A stretch of DNA of 64,000 nt from positions 991 to 64,990 of the forward strand of contig JABJAH010000036.1 in assembly GCA_018666155.1 (NCBI GenBank). Reading direction: 5' to 3'. A model generated the notes under the pieces. That model saw only the letters and a list, made by a program, of their open reading frames with translations, ran no database searches and was not told where the DNA came from. The position numbers and the translations under genes were made by a program. This stretch comes from Rhodospirillaceae bacterium. Lineage in GTDB: Bacteria > Pseudomonadota > Alphaproteobacteria > Rhodospirillales > Rhodospirillaceae. The stretch's first letter is position 1, and each line of letters starts with the position of its first letter. Below are positions 9,998 to 18,474 of the stretch, piece by piece.

Positions 9998-12505
9998 ATG
10001 TCCATGCGTACCACTTTACTTCAAACGTCTGCAGCCTGCGCACTCGCGCTGACTGTGGCCATGCCTGCTACGGCGCAGGACTTCGCGATTGAGGAAATCG
10101 TCGTCACGTCACGCTTGCGCAGTGAGAGTGTGCAGGACATTCCGCTGTCCATCACCGCCTTCACCGTCGATCAATTGCGCGACCAGGGTATCGAGGACAT
10201 CAAGGATCTAGCTGAAATGACCGCCGGCTTCGCGATGGACCGCGGCTTTGGCCGGTTCTTTGACCGACCGGTTATTCGCGGCCAAGCGTCTATCCTTGGT
10301 AATCAAAACGCATCGTTCTTTGTTGATGGCGTGTTTGTTTCCAACACCATTTCTTCAACGACGATCGACTCATTAGAGCGCATCGAAATTGTTCGTGGAC
10401 CGCAGGCCGCCTTGTTCGGTCGCGCGACCTTCGCTGGCGCCATCAACTACATCACCAAGCGCCCCACCGACGAACATGAAGGCCAGTTCAACGGTAAATA
10501 CGGCAGCCATGAAGACACCAAAGCCTCCGTTTGGATGAGCGGTCCGCTCATTGAAGACAAGCTGTATTACTTCGCAGCCGCCAACTGGGATTACTACGGT
10601 GGCGAATGGAATAACGGCCTACAACCCAACACCGCTAATAACGCCTACTTCAATATTCCTTTTATTCCTGCTTTTACTGAAGCACCGACACGGGGCGACA
10701 GCTCCAAGTTGGGCACCGAAGAAACGCAAGATTTCACGATCAAACTGTTGGCCAAGCCGTCTGAGAACGTCGAGCTCACATTCAAAATGAACTACAGCGA
10801 TGTTGACGATAGCCATTACCCCAGAACACTCGCTGGCCGTGACGAGCACAACTGTGTGAACCCGATCAGCGCAGGGGGCACCGCTCCGGACACCTCAGCC
10901 GGATATATCTGTGGTGAATTGGAAGCGCGGGATCCGAACACCGGTGAAGCCCGCCAGCCGGTTCTGAACATTCCTGACTTTGTTGATGGTTTGACAACGT
11001 CGCCTCTTTTCTTTCTCCCGTCGTTTATACCCAACGGCCCCGTCATTATTGATCCGGCCAAACCCGGCCTACAGCGCGAAACGTTTCGTTGGCTGGCTCA
11101 GGCCGATATCGACCTCGAGGGCTGGTCCATCATGACCCGCGCCGCCTACAACAAGGACGATGAAAACACCGCCTTTGATGGCGACACCATCGGCGAACGT
11201 GGCATTTCCGGAACCGGGCTACTTCAAGCGGCCTTCTTTGATGATTTCCGGGACTACTCCCTTGAAATGCGCGTAACGTCGCCAGACGACAGCCAAATAC
11301 GCGGTCTTGCCGGCATCACCTATTACGATGAAGAGCATGTATCCGGGAACCGCGGCATCGGCACCAGCTTCGGTAAAATTGCAGGGTCTTTCGACAACCC
11401 CTCGTTTGTTCCATCAACCGGCGAACCCCAGTTCTTTCCTTTGACAGAAACCGTCGAAAACTGGTCGGTCTACGCCCAGGTCGAATTTGACATCACCGAA
11501 GACGTGACAATCACAGCTGAAGGTCGCTATTCCGAAGACACAATCGGGGCCATTACGGCTGCGACCGATACGAATGAAGAAGTCAGCTTCAGCAGCTTCG
11601 CACCCCGTGTCAGCATTGACTACCGCATGAATGATGACGTGCTGTGGTATGCGTTGATTTCCAAGGGCACCAAGCCTGGCGGCTTTAACGCAGGCTTGTT
11701 CGATGAGTCAGCCCAAACACTGGCAACAGCCCGTGCCAATGGAACGATTGCCTTTAATGAAGAGCGTTCCTGGAACTATGAAGCCGGTGTGAAAACATCC
11801 TTCTGGGACGGGCGTGGCACCTTCAATGTCAGCGGTTATTATATTGATTGGTCGAACCAAACCCTGACCAACATCATTGATGTCATTGATGCTGCGGGCG
11901 CACCGAACTCAGCGCCAATTTTGGTGAACCTTGGTTCGACTGAAATCAAAGGTGGTGAAGTTGAGGCCAACCTTGCCGCCACTGAGGAACTAACCTTCGG
12001 TCTTGGCTACGGTCTTGCCGCCTCTAAGATCAAGATATTCAACGACGAGCAGCACTTCTTGCTGACCGGTGAAAATGACCCGACCTTGGCCAACGGCGGC
12101 AACGTCTCTGGTAACCAATTGCCAAAAAGTCCGAAGCACACCCTCAACGTCAACGGTACCTACCGGGACAGCCTCTCTGCTGATGCAGACTGGTTCATCC
12201 GCGCCGACCTCAACGTAGAATCCAAGCGCTTCACCCAGGTATCAAATCTTCAGCACAACGGAGATTCCTACAAGGTGAACATCCGCATGGGCGTTGAAGC
12301 CGACAATTGGCAGATCACAGGGTATGTGACAAACCTGTTGGAAGACCTGACGCCAAACAACATTCTTCGGTTCCGTGATTACCGACTTGCATCCGGCAGC
12401 AACTTCTGTGGCGCGGCCGTGTGCGGATCGTCTTCATGGCGTGGGTTCTTCTTCAACCAACCCCGCGGCCGGGACTTCGGTGTGAACGTGCAATACAGCT
12501 TCTAA
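9998..12505 (+). CDS. TonB-dependent outer-membrane receptor
   Basis: 835 aa. Signal peptide ending AMPATAQD, a TonB-box-like IEEIVVTS, a plug-domain region (RIEIVRGPQAALFG), and the C-terminal aromatic residue (…NVQYSF). Confidence 0.9.
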   Translation: MSMRTTLLQTSAACALALTVAMPATAQDFAIEEIVVTSRLRSESVQDIPLSITAFTVDQLRDQGIEDIKDLAEMTAGFAMDRGFGRFFDRPVIRGQASILGNQNASFFVDGVFVSNTISSTTIDSLERIEIVRGPQAALFGRATFAGAINYITKRPTDEHEGQFNGKYGSHEDTKASVWMSGPLIEDKLYYFAAANWDYYGGEWNNGLQPNTANNAYFNIPFIPAFTEAPTRGDSSKLGTEETQDFTIKLLAKPSENVELTFKMNYSDVDDSHYPRTLAGRDEHNCVNPISAGGTAPDTSAGYICGELEARDPNTGEARQPVLNIPDFVDGLTTSPLFFLPSFIPNGPVIIDPAKPGLQRETFRWLAQADIDLEGWSIMTRAAYNKDDENTAFDGDTIGERGISGTGLLQAAFFDDFRDYSLEMRVTSPDDSQIRGLAGITYYDEEHVSGNRGIGTSFGKIAGSFDNPSFVPSTGEPQFFPLTETVENWSVYAQVEFDITEDVTITAEGRYSEDTIGAITAATDTNEEVSFSSFAPRVSIDYRMNDDVLWYALISKGTKPGGFNAGLFDESAQTLATARANGTIAFNEERSWNYEAGVKTSFWDGRGTFNVSGYYIDWSNQTLTNIIDVIDAAGAPNSAPILVNLGSTEIKGGEVEANLAATEELTFGLGYGLAASKIKIFNDEQHFLLTGENDPTLANGGNVSGNQLPKSPKHTLNVNGTYRDSLSADADWFIRADLNVESKRFTQVSNLQHNGDSYKVNIRMGVEADNWQITGYVTNLLEDLTPNNILRFRDYRLASGSNFCGAAVCGSSSWRGFFFNQPRGRDFGVNVQYSF

Positions 12506-12531
12506 TCGAAATCTAAAACAAACACTCAAAA

Positions 12532-12557
12532 GGGTCGGCTTCGCGCCGGCCCTTTTT
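12532..12557 (+). terminator. Rho-independent terminator after the TonB-dependent receptor gene
   Basis: GGGTCGGC (12532..12539) pairs with GCCGGCCC (12545..12552) with one G·U wobble. The loop is 5 nt and is followed by TTTTT (12553..12557). Confidence 0.6.
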
Positions 12558-12787
12558 CGTTGCGCAACGCCACGCCCGCACTATCGCGAATCGCTGCATC
12601 CAAAAGCCACGGTCAACGCATCTAATATGTATCAGCAGCCCTGCAACCCCTCAGCATCACGCGCGTTAGTACAGGGAATGCGGGACGCTGCAGGTCGCAA
12701 CAGACGGGAAAGGGCGGTCGAGAAACGGTGCACGTATTATCCAAAGAGTCCGCACAACCCTTTGGGAAATCGACCGAACACCTGGCA

Positions 12788-13405
12788 ATGCACAATTATT
12801 CTTCTACGTTACGACAGCAGAAATTGAGAAATTTTCTCAGCGTGACTTTATCTGTTACCGTCTGTTTATTGATTTTTAAGGGGCTGACGTATACGGTCCC
12901 AACACTGAACACACCTCTGGTTTGGCTAGATGAGAATCTCATGCTAGCAGCCGAACCAAGCTTTAAACGTATAACGCTGAACCGCGTCGCCTTCGGGCCA
13001 CAGGGTGTTGATGAAGAGCGCCCTCGAGTTGCTCCACGACGGCCTATTTACCTGACCAGCCCCCAAGAGACCCGACGTCAACAGTTGTCGGTTTTCGACC
13101 ACAACAGGCCTGACCACCAGGAATCTCAGTACGGGGCTGCTTTTCCTAGAAGAGCCGACCACATCGTTTACGGCCCAAACCCCGCCAAATATTCAGAATT
13201 CGTCAATAGAGATGGTAGAGTATTGGATGGCCGGATAATTGGATTTGAGCCCTCAGCAGCGGTGGTGAACACACTTATTGATGACGCAAGCCGCTTAGCT
13301 GGCATAATGACGAGCCGGAACTCTGGCACCGCTAAGAATGTAGAAGATGCCGTCATGCGCCTGGCTTCGCTTATTTCAACCACCGAAGAATTTTCGTTCC
13401 GATAG
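12788..13405 (+). CDS. Shortened DUF1800-like protein (keeps only the N- and C-terminal segments of the neighbouring DUF1800 protein)
   Basis: SFKRITLNRVAFGPQGVDE matches SYERLALNRATFGARTVDE of the 14803 ORF. RIIGFEPS is identical in both. The C-termini match (…EEFSFR versus …DEFAYR). Start is uncertain: GTG 12728, ATG 12788, or ATG 12941 (the last gives MLAAEPS, parallel to MLPTTPS of the paralogue). Confidence 0.5.
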   Translation: MHNYSSTLRQQKLRNFLSVTLSVTVCLLIFKGLTYTVPTLNTPLVWLDENLMLAAEPSFKRITLNRVAFGPQGVDEERPRVAPRRPIYLTSPQETRRQQLSVFDHNRPDHQESQYGAAFPRRADHIVYGPNPAKYSEFVNRDGRVLDGRIIGFEPSAAVVNTLIDDASRLAGIMTSRNSGTAKNVEDAVMRLASLISTTEEFSFR

Positions 13406-13415
13406 GAGACCGACC

Positions 13416-14705
13416 ATGAGACTTACACGAAGAAATCTTCTCCTCGGTGCCTCAGGCGGCGCATTTATGGCAACCGTTGGCCCCGGGCTCCGCGTTTCGA
13501 TGGCGGCGACAAGCACCAGCGACGAAATTCTGGTTGTTATGTTTGCCCGAGGCGGCATAGACGGGCTGCAACTCGCGGCACCGGCGGAAGATTCATTCTA
13601 CCAACAAGCTCGACCATCCATTGCGGTACAATCCAGCGGTACCAACGCCGGGTTTGCATTAGCCAACGGTCTTGATGGCGTTGACTTCTTTATGAATCCG
13701 GGCGCACCGGAGTTGAACGATCTCTACACGTCTGGCGATCTCGCACTGATTCACGCCGCCGGCGTCCCGACAGAAAACCGTAGCCATTTTAAGACCCAAG
13801 ATATGATGGAACGCGGCATGGCCGACAACGAAACCAACATCTTGTCAGGCTGGTTGACGCGGCACGTCGAAACACTGACGGCAGACCGGCCGCTGTTGTC
13901 GACGATTTCAACCGCATCCAACAACCCTATCTCTCTCCTCGGGTACCCGCAGGCTGTCAGCATTCCTGACGTTCAGAATTTTAACGTGTCGGGTGGAGAC
14001 GTAAACGCGGCGGTTATCGCCGGATTAAACTCAGGGAGCTCTGCCTACCAACAAGTGGCGCAGCAAACGATTGAGGCGATCAACACTGTTCAAATTAAGC
14101 TAGAGGAGCTCAACGACGGTCCAGACGACGAGACAGAAAGTGGACCAGCCTATACCAATGGCCCCCTTTCGGGCTCTTTGCGCAACCTCGCGACTCTCAT
14201 CAAAATGGATGTCGGCCTAGACGTCGCCACAGTCGATCAAGGCGGTTGGGATCACCACAACAACTTGATCAACGAATTCGGCAACAATGTTTCCGAACTA
14301 TCTCAATCGCTCAGCGCCTTCTGGGAAGATGTTTCAGAATATCGCGACCGCATCACATTGGTATTCATGACCGAGTTTGGCCGTCGCTTAAACGAGAACG
14401 CCAGCGCCGGAACAGACCATGGCTCAGGTTCAGTGATGATGGTCCTATCGGGCAACGCTAACGGTGGGCAAATGTACGGGGCTTGGCCGGGCCTGAGCAC
14501 GACGGATCTGGATAACGGCGACCTTGCCGTGACCACCGACTATAGACAGGTGGTCTCAGAAATTCTGGCCAAGCGTCACAATAGCCCGTCATTGGCAACT
14601 GTGTTCCCGACTATGACGTACAACCCGCTCGGGATCATTAACGGCGATGACAGCGCAATTACCAATCCAGCAGTTGCGAGCAACACCACGACTAGCGCTA
14701 GCTAG
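13416..14705 (+). CDS. DUF1501 domain protein (sulfatase/alkaline-phosphatase-superfamily-like) with twin-arginine signal
   Basis: AGGAG at 13404..13408 precedes the ATG at 13416. Tat-type N-terminus MRLTRRNLLLGASGGAFMA…SMA. The motifs HFKTQD, GGWDHH, TEFGRR and GTDHGSGS recall the DUF1501 family. Confidence 0.85.
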   Translation: MRLTRRNLLLGASGGAFMATVGPGLRVSMAATSTSDEILVVMFARGGIDGLQLAAPAEDSFYQQARPSIAVQSSGTNAGFALANGLDGVDFFMNPGAPELNDLYTSGDLALIHAAGVPTENRSHFKTQDMMERGMADNETNILSGWLTRHVETLTADRPLLSTISTASNNPISLLGYPQAVSIPDVQNFNVSGGDVNAAVIAGLNSGSSAYQQVAQQTIEAINTVQIKLEELNDGPDDETESGPAYTNGPLSGSLRNLATLIKMDVGLDVATVDQGGWDHHNNLINEFGNNVSELSQSLSAFWEDVSEYRDRITLVFMTEFGRRLNENASAGTDHGSGSVMMVLSGNANGGQMYGAWPGLSTTDLDNGDLAVTTDYRQVVSEILAKRHNSPSLATVFPTMTYNPLGIINGDDSAITNPAVASNTTTSAS

Positions 14706-14802
14706 ACGGCGGCAACGCCTTCGTTTCGCGCTCCTTCTGACTCAGGGGCGCGCATGAAGATCACCCCACCGCAACGGGTAGGACGCGGTCGGGTCGTTAA
14801 GG

Positions 14803-16407
14803 ATGCAGCACATCATGTTGCCGACAACACCTTCCTATGAACGGTTAGCCCTTAATCGTGCCACCTTCGGTGCGCGCACCGTCGATGAGGCCTACGCCCA
14901 GCAGATCGGTTGGGACGCGTGGGTCAACGAACAACTCTCCGCTCCACCGGGAGATGATCCTGAAGTGGCGGGATTAATCGCTAATGCAACTCTTAAAATA
15001 GCATACTCAGCCAAGACAAATGAGTTTGGCGGCTGGAGCGCCGTAAACGAAGAACGGCCGCTGACAGCGCTGGCGGCCAGCCCTCTAGCCTTATGGGACA
15101 TATACAAACAACGCGACAAAACTTTGCCGAACAAGGAAATATACCGCACCGCTGAAGAAGTGGTCGCAGCAACCTGGATGCGCTCAACCCATTCAGCCTA
15201 CCAAGTACGCGAACTGATGGTCGACTTTTGGCACAACCATTTTAACGTCAGCATCAATCAGACGCCGACTGTCGCAACCGGAACCGCCGCCTATGATAGA
15301 GACGTGATTCGACCACATGTGTTCGGCAACTTCCGCGACATGCTTGAAGCCAACGCGACCAGTGTCTCGATGTTGTTCTATTTGGACAACGCGATCAGCC
15401 AACCAGAAATACCGAACGAAAATTATGCGCGCGAGCTCTTGGAGCTTCATACGTTGGGCGAAAATGCATACCTCGGACAAACCGACCCGGACTCAGTCAC
15501 TAAATATGCGAGCGGTATTGCCATAGGCTTTACGGACGAAGACATCGTCCAAGCCTCGCGCGCCTTATCGGGATGGACGGTTGGGTCTGGCAACAGGTTG
15601 GGAAAGCAGGGCGCGCTACCGAGCACGGGCGACTTTCACTACGAGCCACTGTTACACAACACCGAGGCCGGCACATTTATGGGCCAGGACCTGACCTCCC
15701 TGTCGGACGATATGGCTCAAGGACAAGCTATCCTGGATATAGCGGCTTATCATGATGAAACCGCTATATTTCTCTGCAACAAGATCTGCCGACGCATATT
15801 TGGTGACTCGCCACCTTCCAATGTCGTCACTGCAGCCGCCACGACTTGGTTGGCAAACCAAACACAACCGGACCAGTTGCGCCGTGTCATGGAAGCCATA
15901 CTCCTGTCTTCAGAAATCGGTCAGCCGGCGTCCAAACTCCGTCTCCCTGTCGAGAAAACCGTCGCCTTCATGCGCGCGGTTGGTGCAACCGCAGTGCCTC
16001 ACCGCAGCATGTTCAACCTGCTAAAGAACACGTCGGATCAGATCTTCACATGGCCAGGACCCAACGGACACCCAGATGTAGACGGGTACTGGCTCTCCAC
16101 CACCGCCTTGATGACCGAGTGGAACGCCGTTCTTGATGTTTTGAATAAGGGCATGACCGACATATCGGTTACGAATGAATCAATACTCACTGATTCTGTG
16201 ACCGAACTCGTTGAGGACTGGGTGGAGCGCATCATCGGGTTCGAACCATCGGGCACCAAAATGAACCAGCTAATTGACTTCGCCATGGGGCTCAACGGTG
16301 TTTTAACCTACCTCGGCCAGGGATCGTCGTCCGCCACGACCGTGGAATCTCACCTAAGAAAGCTGGTTGGGATGATCGCAACGATAGACGAGTTTGCCTA
16401 TCGTTAG
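14803..16407 (+). CDS. DUF1800 domain protein
   Basis: 534 aa. Contains LNRATFG…, HNHFNV and ARELLELHTLG, which I recognise as DUF1800-family segments. An alternative start at ATG 14815 is better spaced from TAAGGA. No N-terminal hydrophobic signal is visible. Confidence 0.8.
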   Translation: MQHIMLPTTPSYERLALNRATFGARTVDEAYAQQIGWDAWVNEQLSAPPGDDPEVAGLIANATLKIAYSAKTNEFGGWSAVNEERPLTALAASPLALWDIYKQRDKTLPNKEIYRTAEEVVAATWMRSTHSAYQVRELMVDFWHNHFNVSINQTPTVATGTAAYDRDVIRPHVFGNFRDMLEANATSVSMLFYLDNAISQPEIPNENYARELLELHTLGENAYLGQTDPDSVTKYASGIAIGFTDEDIVQASRALSGWTVGSGNRLGKQGALPSTGDFHYEPLLHNTEAGTFMGQDLTSLSDDMAQGQAILDIAAYHDETAIFLCNKICRRIFGDSPPSNVVTAAATTWLANQTQPDQLRRVMEAILLSSEIGQPASKLRLPVEKTVAFMRAVGATAVPHRSMFNLLKNTSDQIFTWPGPNGHPDVDGYWLSTTALMTEWNAVLDVLNKGMTDISVTNESILTDSVTELVEDWVERIIGFEPSGTKMNQLIDFAMGLNGVLTYLGQGSSSATTVESHLRKLVGMIATIDEFAYR

Positions 16408-18221
16408 TATCCATCGCGCCACGCTTGGAATGCTTCGGCGACGTCCGCAATAACGGGCGACCAATCACCGTAGCTGGTTTGCCTAAAGAGCCTCACATTG
16501 GGATACCAAGGTGTCGATTGCCCGACTAATCCCCAACGCCAATTCGGGACAATGGGAATCATCACCCAGGTTGGCACGCCAAGCGCGCCCGCAACATGAA
16601 CCGCCGTGTTCGAGGTCGCGATGACCAAATCCATTGCTGCAATTTGCGCAGCCGCCCCATCGAAGTCGGCAATCGGGTCAACGTCATCATCGATAAAAAT
16701 ATCTGCGCCGCTCAAACTGACCGCCGCTGCCACTTCGCCGGCCACATCACCGTATTGCAGCGAAACAAATAGGGCGTCGGGCACCGATAGAACTGTGCCC
16801 CACCGATCCAACGGCAACGATTTTTTTGAACCAGTATTGGGATTGATACTGTTCCAAGCTAGGCCGACAATTTTGCGTCCTGCAGCAATGTCTAGATACT
16901 TTTGGCGCAACTGCTTTGCTAAATTTGGATCCGCGCTCAGGTAGGCCTGCGGCTCCGGAAACGCCTGAGACGAACGTCTCAAGAAACGCCCAAGCGACCC
17001 TATGGCAACTTGGGCGTCAAAAGACAGCAGATCATCAGGTGGCAAAGAGTCGTATGACACCGCGGGCAATTCGGGAAAACTGCGCTGAACGAGCGGTACC
17101 ATTCGCTGATCGAGCTCCACGGTTGGCTGAACATCACTGGCCGCCAAGTCACGCAGCTGGCCGGAAAACAGCACTTGGTCCCCGAGGCCTTGCTCCCCCC
17201 AAACCAACAGCTTCAGCCCATCGGTCAGCGACCCGTCCCATTCCGGGATCCCGCGCGCGCGCCACTGCGATGTCGGGTCGTTGATCAGCCATCGTGCCTC
17301 ATGACCATCCCATCCCTCACCCCAGTTTCTTTTGAGGAGTTGCCCACAAGCCTGGTTGAAGCGCGCCATGGCGCTCCCGTCATCGACCTTAAGAGCGGCT
17401 GTGAAGTCTGTGTCCGCCCCCTCGATATCGCCTTGAGTTTGCTTGAGCTCACCACGATTGACCAACGTGCTGACGTGGTCAGGCACCCGCTCAAGTACGG
17501 CATTGTAGTGTTGAAGAGCCCCATCGTAGTCAGTCGCGGCGTGTATCAAACCAATGGTCATCATAGCATTGGCCCAAACACTGGAGCCCTCTAGGGCCGC
17601 AAACACGGCACGCTCCAAGGCGATCATCGCTCCGTCCGCCACACCCCTTTGACGGAGCAACTCACCCTTATTGAACAATGCATCGGCATCATCGGGCGCC
17701 TGCGCGAGAGCAGCTGCAAACGCCGCCAATGCCTCGTCAAGCCGATCAAGAGCCTGAAGGGCCAAGCCGCGCACATTTTGCGCCTGGACGAACGCGGGCT
17801 GCGCTTTTATCGCCTGATCGGACTGCGCCAGCGCGGATTCAATGCTTCCGTTTGCCAGTGCGTATCTCGCCTGATTAACGAGAGCGGCCGGCAACATCGG
17901 ATCAATCGCTAGGGCTTTGTTAAACGAGTCATGAGCCGCAACAGCGTCACTCATCGCCTCTTGGGCCATGCCCAAATCATTCCAGATGATCGCATCCTCT
18001 GGCCGTCGCTTTGCCGCCAAACTCAAAAACTTAACTGCAGCCTCTGCATCCCCCAGCCCCAATAGGGCCACACCCTTTAGCGACAAAGCGTCGGGCTGAC
18101 GCGGTTGCTTTTTAAGAATAGCATTGTAGGCCTCTAGGGCTGCGTTCACGTCTCCAGCCCTGTGATAGGCCAACCCTTTATCGAGCAGCTTCGCCAATTT
18201 TGGAGGTAGTGACTTTTCCAT
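16404..18221 (-). CDS. TPR-repeat protein with C-terminal GT9 (heptosyltransferase-like) domain
   Basis: 605 aa. About 300 aa of TPR repeats are followed by a GT9-like half (LKLLVWGEQGLGDQVLF…, TSNTAVHVAGALGVPTWV). Confidence 0.7.
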   Translation of the reverse strand: MEKSLPPKLAKLLDKGLAYHRAGDVNAALEAYNAILKKQPRQPDALSLKGVALLGLGDAEAAVKFLSLAAKRRPEDAIIWNDLGMAQEAMSDAVAAHDSFNKALAIDPMLPAALVNQARYALANGSIESALAQSDQAIKAQPAFVQAQNVRGLALQALDRLDEALAAFAAALAQAPDDADALFNKGELLRQRGVADGAMIALERAVFAALEGSSVWANAMMTIGLIHAATDYDGALQHYNAVLERVPDHVSTLVNRGELKQTQGDIEGADTDFTAALKVDDGSAMARFNQACGQLLKRNWGEGWDGHEARWLINDPTSQWRARGIPEWDGSLTDGLKLLVWGEQGLGDQVLFSGQLRDLAASDVQPTVELDQRMVPLVQRSFPELPAVSYDSLPPDDLLSFDAQVAIGSLGRFLRRSSQAFPEPQAYLSADPNLAKQLRQKYLDIAAGRKIVGLAWNSINPNTGSKKSLPLDRWGTVLSVPDALFVSLQYGDVAGEVAAAVSLSGADIFIDDDVDPIADFDGAAAQIAAMDLVIATSNTAVHVAGALGVPTWVMIPIVPNWRWGLVGQSTPWYPNVRLFRQTSYGDWSPVIADVAEAFQAWRDGY

Positions 18222-18474
18222 CTAGACCGTGACCACACACGTTGACTGACCAACAGGGCCGAGCTGAAACAGAATCTCATGTGCGTGCGGTGTCATATTC
18301 GTCTTCTGGCTAAAATGGAATGGCTCGTTGGGTGGAAATTCACGGAGAAGAATCTCGAATGTACCGCCATACTCCATTTATATAAAGTCTGCGCAAAGGC
18401 TTGCGTCTACAGATGTGACATGGAACTTTGCCCAAGCACTCATCTGCCCTTCTCTCATAGATTTAACGGACATT

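Noticed and set aside
16237-16247. GGGTTCGAACC, which resembles a tRNA T-arm
   Set aside because: It lies inside the DUF1800 coding frame, where it encodes the conserved IIGFEPS peptide. No acceptor or anticodon arms can be built around it.
18328-18474. N-terminal extensions of listed ORFs (18328 oxoprolinase, 36399 hldD, 40104 lipoprotein, 41242 prs, 47920..48612 Rieske, 56669 membrane protein, 58849 AKR, 33801..34529 and 26763 uvrC)
   Set aside because: In each case an internal start reproduces the canonical family N-terminus or removes an overlap with the upstream gene. The extensions have junk-like composition.
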